NCBI GenBank assembly: GCA_044869275.1
Contig: JBIOXB010000177.1
Coordinates: forward strand, 1 to 60,597
Length of the DNA stretch: 60,597 nucleotides
Direction: 5' to 3'
Source of the DNA: a bacterium
Lineage (GTDB): Bacteria; Zhuqueibacterota; Zhuqueibacteria; Zhuqueibacterales; Zhuqueibacteraceae
Numbering within the stretch: the stretch's first letter is position 1; every line of letters starts with the position of its first letter. The translations under genes were made by a program, and so were the position numbers. Shown here piece by piece: positions 31,355 to 40,261 of this stretch. The notes below the pieces were generated by a model. It had not been told where the DNA came from. It worked only from the letters and a program-made list of their open reading frames with translations, and made no database searches.

Positions 31355-32443
31355 TCAATACACACCAACCACAACCGACTCTTGCAGCCGTGAGAACAGC
31401 CGCAAGTTCGAGACGCCATCCCAGGGATACTTTTCGATGGGCTCGGCGCGCTCGCCTTCATCGCGTTCAAGAAAGCGCGGCATGAAAAACTCCTTGGTCA
31501 ATGTCGTCAACATCACGCGGCCGGTCTGGCCATATGCGACCGGCTCTTCGGGGTTGTCCGGATTGACCAACTCGAACACAGCGCGGGGCAAGGGCGGATA
31601 ATACGTAATCGCGTAATTGTCTTCCAGATCGAATGGCTTGTGACACGCCAGGCCCATCAGAGTATTGCCATAAGTTGGCACAAAGTCAACACCCGGCACG
31701 AGTTCTTCGCGCGCGAAGCGATGGAATTGCGCGTTCATTTCGGTGCCACCGCAAAAAATGCCGGTGATCCCGTATTTGACCAGATTGATTTTTTCGCACA
31801 AAGCTTCAAGCAGTTTGGGGGTGGTGAAAATACATTTGATGTTTTCGTGGGCCCGCAGGATGGTCAAACCTTGATCGATCACGTGCGTCTTGTAAGCTTC
31901 CAATTCCTGGATTTTGCCGCGCTTGATCAGCTTATTCACCCACCGCGGATCGAGATCGACGTGAAACGCAATGCCGCCACGATGCTGTGCAAGATGCTCA
32001 ATCGCTAGACGCAATCGGCGCGGACCGGTAGGGCCAAGCATGAGCCAATCGCTATTTAAAGGAAAAGTATCCGGCGCTAGCGTTGCGCTGAACATTTCGT
32101 AATCGATGCGAAAATCATCAATGCCGATGCGGGTTTTGGGCACGCCGGTGGTGCCGCCGGTTTCAAAAACATTAACGGGCTTATTCGCCAGTGCCTTCGG
32201 CACCCAGCGCCGCACCGGTCCGCCGCGTAACCAACCATCATCGAAATGACCCAGCAATTTGAGATCAGCATACCCCGAGATTTCCTTGCGCGGATCGAAA
32301 CTTAGTTTGCGCGCAAATTCCAGCCAAAATGGGCAGCCGGTGTCGGGATTGAAATGCCATTGCACCATTTCGCGCACGTGGGCGTCGAGCTTTCTGCGCG
32401 CCGCGGTGATTTTGCTTGATAGGGAGGTTTTGGAGATGTCCAT
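31355..32443 (-). CDS. EhpF-like adenylate-forming enzyme (PaaK/LuxE-related)
   Basis: WHF..TG.PFW, ETGGTTG.PK, PTGP, DLDPRWV, TTP, GGTE, YGNT, PRFLERD and terminal GVY match my recollection of Pantoea EhpF. Confidence 0.8.
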   Translation of the reverse strand: MDISKTSLSSKITAARRKLDAHVREMVQWHFNPDTGCPFWLEFARKLSFDPRKEISGYADLKLLGHFDDGWLRGGPVRRWVPKALANKPVNVFETGGTTGVPKTRIGIDDFRIDYEMFSATLAPDTFPLNSDWLMLGPTGPRRLRLAIEHLAQHRGGIAFHVDLDPRWVNKLIKRGKIQELEAYKTHVIDQGLTILRAHENIKCIFTTPKLLEALCEKINLVKYGITGIFCGGTEMNAQFHRFAREELVPGVDFVPTYGNTLMGLACHKPFDLEDNYAITYYPPLPRAVFELVNPDNPEEPVAYGQTGRVMLTTLTKEFFMPRFLERDEGERAEPIEKYPWDGVSNLRLFSRLQESVVVGVY

Positions 32444-32451
32444 GTTCGAGC

Positions 32452-32828
32452 CAGTGATCAGTGAGCAGTGAATAGTGATCAGTAAGTTACTGATCCAAAT
32501 GATTCATCGTAAAATACTCAGCCATTTCCTCTCTTACTATACTTGGCGTCAGTTAGTTTGCTGATGAAAAGTCTTCCATATCTTCGCTTCGCCCAGGCTT
32601 CCGATATCTGCGCGCCAATACACCTTGAACACCGACGAATTTGATCAGTCAGCGAATAGGCTTCTTCTCGTGGAAATCTTTTCGATAACTGAAAAATATC
32701 CTTCGAAAGCAACTTGGCATTCCGATAAACTAATAAATCGCGAAAACTCTTCGCATGAGATAAATGACTCATATTTCCCCCATAATAGTCAATTGACTGA
32801 TCACTGACAACTAATCACTAATTACTGA
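32452..32828. mobile_element. Heptamer-array inverted-repeat element enclosing a four-helix-bundle gene
   Basis: Left arm cagtgat cagtgag cagtgaa tagtgat cagtaag; right arm tgactga tcactga caactaa tcactaa ttactga; mobility is inferred. Confidence 0.55.
32487..32772 (-). pseudogene. Four-helix-bundle protein (23S rRNA IVP family), internally deleted
   Basis: SFRDLLVY, FPREEAYSLTDQIRR and EAWAKRRY..FISKLTDA, then stops at 84 aa; a probable C-terminal tail IVREEMAEYFTMNHLDQ* survives in another frame. Confidence 0.78.
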
Positions 32829-34497
32829 TTTGTAAAACCGGCAACTCATAACACGCCGCCTCACGATCATTGCGCACCAGCAAATACGGGCCTGCCAGCG
32901 CGGGATGGTTCCACGTTTTGCCGTTTAACGCAGCGAAGCGGGTCAGCTCGTGATGCGCTTGCGGTGCCGCTTCCACCAAAACGACTTCACCATTTTCGGC
33001 TTGCACGAGCAAGATGTCCTCAACCAAAATAACTTGTCCGTGGCCGTAGCGACCGCCTTTCCACTTGCGCTCGCCATTGGCAGGATCGAGACAAACCATA
33101 ATGCCATCGTCCAAGCCGTAAATGTAGTCCTGATGCAGCACCACATTGGTGAATTTCGCTTTCAGGCGAAGCGTCTCATACAAGAGTGTGGCCTGCCAGC
33201 CGCCACTTTCGTCGCGTTGAATTTGAAACAGCTTGCATCCGATACCATAGCCGCTCGAGACGAAAACGCGGTCGCCGGGCACCGGCAAAGGCTGGGAGAC
33301 ACATTCGGTATTCTCCGGCCAGGGATGCTGCCAGAGAATTTTCCCGGATTGCGGATCATGCGCCACAACATTCCTGCGATTGAACATCAGGATTTGCGGC
33401 TGTCCCGCCAGTGTTGCCATCGTTGGAGAGCTATATCCCGCGCGATCGTCGCCCGCGCTCCACACACGCACGCCAGTATCTTTATGATACGCTACCAATG
33501 ATTTGCCATTCGTTCCGCCGGCGCTTACCACGACCAGACTGTCAACTACCAATGGCGAGCTCGCCATGCCATAGGTATTGACACCGGCATCATTGTCCCG
33601 ACAAATATCCTTCGACCAGATACGCTCGCCGTCAGGAAGATTCAGGCAATTGAGCAAGCCTGTTGCTCCCAATGTGTAAACACGATCGCTTGAAATAGTC
33701 GGTGTGGCGCGCGGCCCCATGCCGGCGACAGGGTTATCGAATTTGATTTCATCGCCGTGGCTCCATATCACCCTTCCGGAAGTGAGATCATAACCAATCA
33801 CCATCTCCTGCGCACCACGTTGTTCTTGGGTGATGGCGTAATCGCCGGCGACGGCAAAAGCGGACCACCCTGCACCAATCGTTTGGCGCCACATGCGCCG
33901 TGGCGGCTGTTGTGACCACTCGCGCGCCAGTTTGAGGCCGTATCTCGTGGCATCACGATGCGGGCCAAGAAATTGGGGGTAATCATGGGCGGGAGGCACC
34001 GCTTTTGTTGCACCGTTTGTTTTGGAGATAACTTTGCGAGAAGGTTCCGCTCTTGCCGCATCCACCATCGTTTTCCGTGGATCGAGTGCCTCCGGTAGAG
34101 ACACGACTGAATCTGGAATTGTTGCAAGCGATTCCACCCGAACTGCCATATTTTCCGCCACTGAAGCAGGCGGCGCGGACCAGCGAAACTCCAGAACGGG
34201 AATCACATTGCCGCTAACGCCGCGCACACGAAATAATGCGGCAGTGATCTTGCCCAGCAAAATGACCGTTACGAAAACGCCCCATCGGATTTTCCGGCGC
34301 AGACACGAGAAGAAGAGCAACCAGATCAAAAGCAACAAAATGGCAACGACGATAATACCGGCCGTTTGCATGAACTGGAGCTGGTGGTTCAAGTCATTCT
34401 TGAACCAGGTGTAGCTGCCGGCAATCGCCGCGAAAGCCACGATCACGGCAACCGGCCACCAGCGTATTCCTTTTTCCCTACTGTCAACTATTGGCAT
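32818..34497 (-). CDS. Membrane-anchored PQQ-binding-like beta-propeller protein
   Basis: Three N-terminal TM segments; YPQFLGP, GPRATP, SSPLVV, GYSSP and TWNHPAL. Confidence 0.85.
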   Translation of the reverse strand: MPIVDSREKGIRWWPVAVIVAFAAIAGSYTWFKNDLNHQLQFMQTAGIIVVAILLLLIWLLFFSCLRRKIRWGVFVTVILLGKITAALFRVRGVSGNVIPVLEFRWSAPPASVAENMAVRVESLATIPDSVVSLPEALDPRKTMVDAARAEPSRKVISKTNGATKAVPPAHDYPQFLGPHRDATRYGLKLAREWSQQPPRRMWRQTIGAGWSAFAVAGDYAITQEQRGAQEMVIGYDLTSGRVIWSHGDEIKFDNPVAGMGPRATPTISSDRVYTLGATGLLNCLNLPDGERIWSKDICRDNDAGVNTYGMASSPLVVDSLVVVSAGGTNGKSLVAYHKDTGVRVWSAGDDRAGYSSPTMATLAGQPQILMFNRRNVVAHDPQSGKILWQHPWPENTECVSQPLPVPGDRVFVSSGYGIGCKLFQIQRDESGGWQATLLYETLRLKAKFTNVVLHQDYIYGLDDGIMVCLDPANGERKWKGGRYGHGQVILVEDILLVQAENGEVVLVEAAPQAHHELTRFAALNGKTWNHPALAGPYLLVRNDREAACYELPVLQISN

Positions 34498-34527
34498 AGA
34501 TAATTGGGTGACTCATAAAAAACCTTA

Positions 34528-34576
34528 GAACGCAGATGGCGCAGATTCACGCAGATATCTGCGACAATCTGCGTTC
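34528..34576. repeat. 9-10-mer-array inverted repeat (CGCAGAT type)
   Basis: gaacgcagat ggcgcagat tcacgcagat atctgcgaca atctgcgttc. Confidence 0.75.
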
Positions 34577-34602
34577 AAAATCTCTTTCTGATAGCTGGTG
34601 CA

Positions 34603-36807
34603 CTATTGTCCAATGCCATAAACATGCCGTTGCGTGCGCACAAAGATCATACCTTCCGAAATCGCCGGCGTGGCCATGCACACTTCACCCATGGAATTGG
34701 TGGCGAGCAATTCATATTTTGGTCCGGCTCTAACCACAAAGATTTCGCCGTCTTCGCTGGTGAAATAGACCTTGCCCTCGGCGGCAACGGGTGAAGCGGT
34801 AAAAGCATAGCCGCTGCCTTGGGCGCCGAGGCGCTCGCGATAAATTTGCTCGCCGGTTTTTGCATTGTAACACGTTAGCGTACCGTTGTTGGCGCAGGTG
34901 TAGAGATAGTCGCCATAAACAATCGGCGTGGGCATATACGGCCCTCCGCGCTTTTTGCTCCAGGCTATGTGCGCGTTAGATTCCTCATTTTCTTTGAGCG
35001 AAATGTCACCGGTGGCGCCCACACGAATGGCATAAATCGGTTGGATGGGCCGATAACCGCTGGTGACAAAGATGAGATCGTGTGCGACAAAGGGCGTCGG
35101 CGTGGTCACCTCGGAATTTCCGGAGAGCTGCCACAGTTCCGTGCCGGTCATGGGGTCATATCCGCGAATGCGATTTGTACCGTTGGCAATGAGCTCGGCG
35201 CGGCTCTTGCCTTCGTAAATCGTAGGCGTGCCCCAGGAGGGAATCTCGTCGCGTTGTGTGCGCCATACTTCCTTGCCGTTTTTGAGGTCGTACGCTGCGA
35301 TGAAAGAATTCTTTTGAATGTCGCATTGCACGATGACGAGGTTCTTGTAGATGACCGGCGAGCTGCCATGCCCCCATTGATAATCAGGATCGTAGAACCA
35401 GCCGCTATCGAGCATGCCCAGATCTTTTTTCCACAGCAGTTTGCCGTTGAGGTCGTAGCAATATAGCCCCTCTGCGCCGAACAGTGCAACCACATGCTTG
35501 CCGTCCGTCGCCGGCGTTGAATTCGCTTGCGTCGCTTTGGTGTGGCGCTTGACTTTCGGTATGCCTTCGAAGGCGGTTTTTTCCCAAACAATTTTTCCCG
35601 TTTTCTTATCCAGACCGTAAACTTTCCAAATGTGCCTGGAGACATCTTTATCCGGAGCGACATCGCCATAAAGCCCGACGCGCAGCTTGGAGCTGGTGTC
35701 GCTGCTGACCGCGGTCGTGATGAAAACGCGATTGTCCCAAATCACCGGACTGGAATGCGCCATGCCAGGAATCGGCGTTTTCCATTTGATGTTTTCAGAT
35801 TTTTCCGCGTTCCATGTGGCCGGGAGATCATATCCGTCAGCGACGCCTAAAGCGTGGGAGCCGCGAAAAGACGGCCACTGCTGGGAAGATGGGACCGGAG
35901 GTTTTTGAGTTTTGTCCATCACCGGCGCTGCCACAGCTGCTTTCGCGTCTTTTTTCTCTGCCGGCGTCCCAGGTGCGCTGACCGCGGCTTCCTCTGTTTT
36001 GACTCTCTTGAAAACAAAAGTGCGCTCTCCTTGCTTGAGCGTGAAATCGTTGGCCTGATTGTTGAGCAAATTGAAAGTGACGTTGATGCCGCTGAATTCC
36101 AGCGCTTTGAAATTGGTGTTGTCAACGGGCGCATAAGTCAACGCCGGCTGACCCGGAATGGTGCCGGTGAGTTTGCCCTCATTCACCGTGAAAGTAACTT
36201 GCAACCCGATATCATCATTTTTGTATTGTCCCGCATAGATTTGCAACAAAGAGGGTGCTATCTTGAAATCAGGCACGGTTGCTTCCGTTGCACCGGCCGT
36301 TTTCAACAAGGCGACGATTTCGGTCTTGCCGTTCTTGGTGGCGTCGGATAACGCCGAAGTGAGCGTTTCCGCCTTGATCTCGCCCGACGCCAAAACCGCC
36401 TTGACCATGTCAAGATCGCCACTCTCGACCCCGGCCATCAATACGGCGTCTTTGCCCTCGCTTGCGCCTTTTTCAAGCATGAGCTTTACGGCTGCGGTGT
36501 GGCCATTGTAAGCTGCCCAAGTGATGGCTGGCGCATTGTAAAAAGTGTCTTTCATATTCATGTCTGCGCCATTTTCGGCCAAGACTTTGATCACTTCAAC
36601 ATGGCCGCGATCGGCGGCGAAAGAGAGCGCCGTGGCGCCATAGCGGGTTTTCGCATTCACTTCCGCGCCTTGGCTGAGCAAAGCCTTAACGGATTCGGCA
36701 TCGCCCTTGCGGGCGGCGGCCCACAAGTCTTCATTCAGATTTTGCGCTAACGCAGCAAAAGGAAACAGAAAAACGCAAACAAACAGAGCTATTCTTCGGT
36801 GCGACAT
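34603..36807 (-). CDS. Secreted ankyrin-repeat and PQQ-like beta-propeller protein
   Basis: Signal peptide; ankyrin repeats (GATALSFAADRGHVEVIKVL); middle YAGQY domain; WPSFRG, HSSPVIW and ATPAI. Confidence 0.87.
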   Translation of the reverse strand: MSHRRIALFVCVFLFPFAALAQNLNEDLWAAARKGDAESVKALLSQGAEVNAKTRYGATALSFAADRGHVEVIKVLAENGADMNMKDTFYNAPAITWAAYNGHTAAVKLMLEKGASEGKDAVLMAGVESGDLDMVKAVLASGEIKAETLTSALSDATKNGKTEIVALLKTAGATEATVPDFKIAPSLLQIYAGQYKNDDIGLQVTFTVNEGKLTGTIPGQPALTYAPVDNTNFKALEFSGINVTFNLLNNQANDFTLKQGERTFVFKRVKTEEAAVSAPGTPAEKKDAKAAVAAPVMDKTQKPPVPSSQQWPSFRGSHALGVADGYDLPATWNAEKSENIKWKTPIPGMAHSSPVIWDNRVFITTAVSSDTSSKLRVGLYGDVAPDKDVSRHIWKVYGLDKKTGKIVWEKTAFEGIPKVKRHTKATQANSTPATDGKHVVALFGAEGLYCYDLNGKLLWKKDLGMLDSGWFYDPDYQWGHGSSPVIYKNLVIVQCDIQKNSFIAAYDLKNGKEVWRTQRDEIPSWGTPTIYEGKSRAELIANGTNRIRGYDPMTGTELWQLSGNSEVTTPTPFVAHDLIFVTSGYRPIQPIYAIRVGATGDISLKENEESNAHIAWSKKRGGPYMPTPIVYGDYLYTCANNGTLTCYNAKTGEQIYRERLGAQGSGYAFTASPVAAEGKVYFTSEDGEIFVVRAGPKYELLATNSMGEVCMATPAISEGMIFVRTQRHVYGIGQ

Positions 36808-36838
36808 TTTCCTTCCTCACATTCCGCTTTGCCAAGGC

Positions 36839-38746
36839 TCATCTCGCCGAGATTTTCTGAATGCCCTTGAGATGTTCATCCAAAAAACTCAAGATCGCCT
36901 GATAGCCTTTTATTTCATTTTCTTTTTTGTCAAAGCCGTGCCCCTCGTCGTCAAAGACGAGGTATTCCACCGTTACGCCGTTTTTCTTGACTGCGTCAAC
37001 GATCTCGTCGGATTCCACCTTGAGCACGCGCGGGTCATTGGCGCCTTGCAGCACCAGGAGAGGCTTGCTAATTTTGTTCGCGTGAAAGAGCGGTGAAATC
37101 CGGCGCAGATACTCTTCGTCCGTGGCGGGATTGCCCATCTCCTTATAGAGCGCTTCGCGGAATGCCTCCCACCACGGCGGAATGCTTTGCAGCGTACGCA
37201 GCCAGTTGGCGACGCCGAAAATATCGACCCCAACGGCAAATGCCTCGGGCTGAAAAGCGAGCGCCGCCAAAACCATGTAGCCGCCGTAGCTGCCGCCAAT
37301 GATGCCGATTTTGCTGGTATCGATCTCACCAGAGGCGGCGAGGAATTTTTTGGCGGCCACGCAGTCGGCCAAATCTTCTTCACCGTGTTTCAAATCATCC
37401 ATTTTAAAAAAGGTCTTGCCGTATCCCGAGCTGCCGCGATTATTCACGGCCATAATGGCGTAACCATGATTCACCAAATACTGGATAAGCGGCGAATAGC
37501 CCACGCGCGATTGCCCGCCCGGCCCGCCGTGCACCCAGACCAGAGCCGGCGCTTTTTCGCCCGGCCCGAGCTGCTGCGGCCGGTAATAGATCGCAGGAAT
37601 CGCGACGCCGTCAAACGAGGGATACCGCACTACCTTCGCTGCCACCAAATCGCGCTGGTCGATCTCGGGATTCATTGTTGCGCTCAGTTGCGCATGCCGC
37701 TTCGTGGCGAAATCATACACGTACAAATTGTTCGGCGCACGTGAGCCATTGAGGTAGAACGTCATGAGCTTTTCGCTTTTCGAAATATTCAGCGACGAGA
37801 TCTCGGCCTCGGGCAAGCGGGGAAGCTTGACCGTCTGGTTGGCCGCCGTGTCGAAAATTCGAATCTCGGTTTTGCCGTCGTTGTTGATGCCCATGACGCG
37901 ATACTTGCCATGGCGCGAAAAATAAGCATACGAAATGTCCCAATTCATTGCTGCAATTTTTCCGGAGTGGCCGGAGGCAATGTCGTAACGCTTGAGATAC
38001 TTGAATTCACTGGCCTCGTCGGTCAAATAATACAGGCTCTTGGAATCGACACTGAAAGTGGCGGGGGCATAACTCACTTCGCCCTCATGCGGCGTCAGTT
38101 GCTTCAGTTCCCCGGTTCCGCGGTCGTAGAGATATATGTCCGAATTGCTGGTCGTCATCGGTTTGACGAAGGCAAGATAGCGCTCATCATCCGAGATTTC
38201 ACCAAATTGGTACCCGCCTTCATTTTTATAAATCATGCCGGGCGCGAGCGTCGCGACTTCCATCTCGTAAATATCCATGAACCGGCGGTCGCGTTGATTG
38301 CAGCCGTAAAAAAAACTTTTCTCATCGTAGCTCCAGGCATAGAATTGTGCCTTCGCAGTGTCCACCGGCGTCAAATCCCGCACGGTGCCGTCCGCGTTGC
38401 GCACGTACAGGTGCGAGATTTCGTTGCCGCCCTTGTCGCTCGAATACAAAATGCGCTCACCGCTTGGAAAAAACGAGATCGCAAGAATGGCGTTATCTTT
38501 GGAATCCGTGACCGGTGTGGGTTCGCCGCCAGTCACGCGCACGGTATAGGCATTGTAGATTCCGCTTTTGTTGCTCGTGAATAGAATCGTCTTTTCATCG
38601 GGTGAGAACGAACTGCCGAAGATATCGGTGGTGTTCATGAATTGTTCGATGGTGTATTGCTTCATCTGGCCCGGAGCGCTCTTTTGACAACTGGAATAGA
38701 CGAGAGCGGCAAACACAACCATGATTGAGACTAAAAGCTTATTCAT
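36839..38746 (-). CDS. S9 family (dipeptidyl aminopeptidase/acylaminoacyl) peptidase, probable lipoprotein
   Basis: Start MNKLL after GGAGGA; lipobox-like YSSC; HGGPG, GGSYGG, NDPRV and DEGHG. Confidence 0.92.
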   Translation of the reverse strand: MNKLLVSIMVVFAALVYSSCQKSAPGQMKQYTIEQFMNTTDIFGSSFSPDEKTILFTSNKSGIYNAYTVRVTGGEPTPVTDSKDNAILAISFFPSGERILYSSDKGGNEISHLYVRNADGTVRDLTPVDTAKAQFYAWSYDEKSFFYGCNQRDRRFMDIYEMEVATLAPGMIYKNEGGYQFGEISDDERYLAFVKPMTTSNSDIYLYDRGTGELKQLTPHEGEVSYAPATFSVDSKSLYYLTDEASEFKYLKRYDIASGHSGKIAAMNWDISYAYFSRHGKYRVMGINNDGKTEIRIFDTAANQTVKLPRLPEAEISSLNISKSEKLMTFYLNGSRAPNNLYVYDFATKRHAQLSATMNPEIDQRDLVAAKVVRYPSFDGVAIPAIYYRPQQLGPGEKAPALVWVHGGPGGQSRVGYSPLIQYLVNHGYAIMAVNNRGSSGYGKTFFKMDDLKHGEEDLADCVAAKKFLAASGEIDTSKIGIIGGSYGGYMVLAALAFQPEAFAVGVDIFGVANWLRTLQSIPPWWEAFREALYKEMGNPATDEEYLRRISPLFHANKISKPLLVLQGANDPRVLKVESDEIVDAVKKNGVTVEYLVFDDEGHGFDKKENEIKGYQAILSFLDEHLKGIQKISAR

Positions 38747-38775
38747 GACTCCTCCCGGGAGTTTGATGAACGAGT

Positions 38776-40125
38776 CTATTTGCCCCCGACCTCGTCCCAT
38801 ATTCTCACATGATTCGTCTCCGGTAAAAACAGCGAACCAACAATGAACGTCATCAGCGCGATGGCAATGGGATACGCGAGGCCGGCGTAGATGTTGCCAG
38901 TGCCGGCGACGATGGCCGAGGCAATGAGCGGCGTGAAGCCGCCGAACTCGCCGTTGCCGAGATGATAAGGCAGCGACATCGAGGTATAGCGTATCTTCGC
39001 CGGAAATAGCTCGACGAGAAACGCGGCAATCGGGCCATAGACCATGGTCACATAGATCACTTGCATGAAGACCAAGACTGTGAGCATGACCGGGTTGAGA
39101 GGGTTGGCGTATTGGCTCATGGCCTGGTAGATCGGAACATAGGTGAGCGCCGCCAGCAGGCAACCGGCCATCATAATTCGCTTTCTGCCCAAGCGATCCG
39201 AAAGTTTGCCAAACACCAGAAAAAAAGGTGTGCCCAGTGCCAGTGCAATTGCAATAATAATGTAAGCAGTCACGTAATCGACTTTGAGTGTCGTCTGCAA
39301 AAAGTAGAGCGCATAAAATTGTCCGGTATACCATACTACCGCTTGCCCGGCGGTTGCACCGAACAGGGCGAGCAAAATCAGTTTCCAATTGCGTTTGTTG
39401 CCGAAGCTGTCCATGAGCGGCGCTTTTGAGGTTTTGCCCGCGTCTTTGAGCTTGCTGAACAGCGGCGATTCCCGCAATCTCATGCGTATATACAGTGACA
39501 AACCCAACAGCAATGCGGAAAGAATAAACGGTATTCGCCAGCCCCACGATTTGAATGCCGCATCGCCTACCGCAAGCCTGGTCGACAGCACCACGGCAAG
39601 CGCGAGAAAGAAGCCGAGCGTGGCCGTGGTTTGAATGAAGCTGGTGTAATAGCCGCGCTTGTCATCGGGCGCATGCTCGGCAACGTAGGTTGCCGCGCCG
39701 CCATATTCTCCGCCCAATGCCAGCCCTTGCAGTAATCTGAGCAACACCAAAATGATGGGCGCGGCAATGCCGATTTGTTCGTAAGTCGGCAGCAAGCCAA
39801 CCGCAGTTGTGGCCAAGCCCATGATCGTGAGGGTCACGAGAAAAGCATATTTACGGCCAATTAAGTCTCCAACGCGGCCGAAGAACACTGCGCCGAAAGG
39901 CCGCACCGCGAAGCCTGCGCCGAACGTGGCTAAACTCGCCAGAAATGCCACCGTGGGATTCCCCGGTGGATAAAACAGTGTTGAGAAGAATACCGCTAAA
40001 GTGCCGTAAAGATAAAAGTCGTACCATTCGATCATCGTGCCGGCGGAAGACGCGGCAATAACGTGCCCGATTTTATAGTCGGGTGTCGCGCTCGTTCGAA
40101 GCGTAGGCTGATCGTGTGGCGGCAT
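38776..40125 (-). CDS. MFS transporter, metabolite:H+ symporter family
   Basis: GTMIEWYDFY, RPFGA..GD.IGRK, LQGLALGGEYGGA and WGWRIPF. Confidence 0.93.
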   Translation of the reverse strand: MPPHDQPTLRTSATPDYKIGHVIAASSAGTMIEWYDFYLYGTLAVFFSTLFYPPGNPTVAFLASLATFGAGFAVRPFGAVFFGRVGDLIGRKYAFLVTLTIMGLATTAVGLLPTYEQIGIAAPIILVLLRLLQGLALGGEYGGAATYVAEHAPDDKRGYYTSFIQTTATLGFFLALAVVLSTRLAVGDAAFKSWGWRIPFILSALLLGLSLYIRMRLRESPLFSKLKDAGKTSKAPLMDSFGNKRNWKLILLALFGATAGQAVVWYTGQFYALYFLQTTLKVDYVTAYIIIAIALALGTPFFLVFGKLSDRLGRKRIMMAGCLLAALTYVPIYQAMSQYANPLNPVMLTVLVFMQVIYVTMVYGPIAAFLVELFPAKIRYTSMSLPYHLGNGEFGGFTPLIASAIVAGTGNIYAGLAYPIAIALMTFIVGSLFLPETNHVRIWDEVGGK

Positions 40126-40261
40126 TTTTATGTTGCTTCTCCTGAGGAGTGACGTTCATTCTGTTTGCTGGGTATTCTGGGCGTTTGGGGGAAAGCAGTT
40201 CGTCGGCAACAGGAATAAGTCAAAAAATGTTCAAATTTCCAAGCTCATTTCTCCCGCACGC

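Noticed and set aside
27798..32443. Bioluminescence or complete phenazine biosynthesis operon
   Set aside because: No luxAB/luxD and no phz core genes in the window.
32452..32828. Diversity-generating retroelement (Avd-like gene)
   Set aside because: No reverse transcriptase and no template/variable repeat pair seen in the window.
38747..39547. 902-aa extended S9 peptidase ORF
   Set aside because: The extension overlaps the MFS gene in another frame; the start at 38746 has an RBS and signal peptide.
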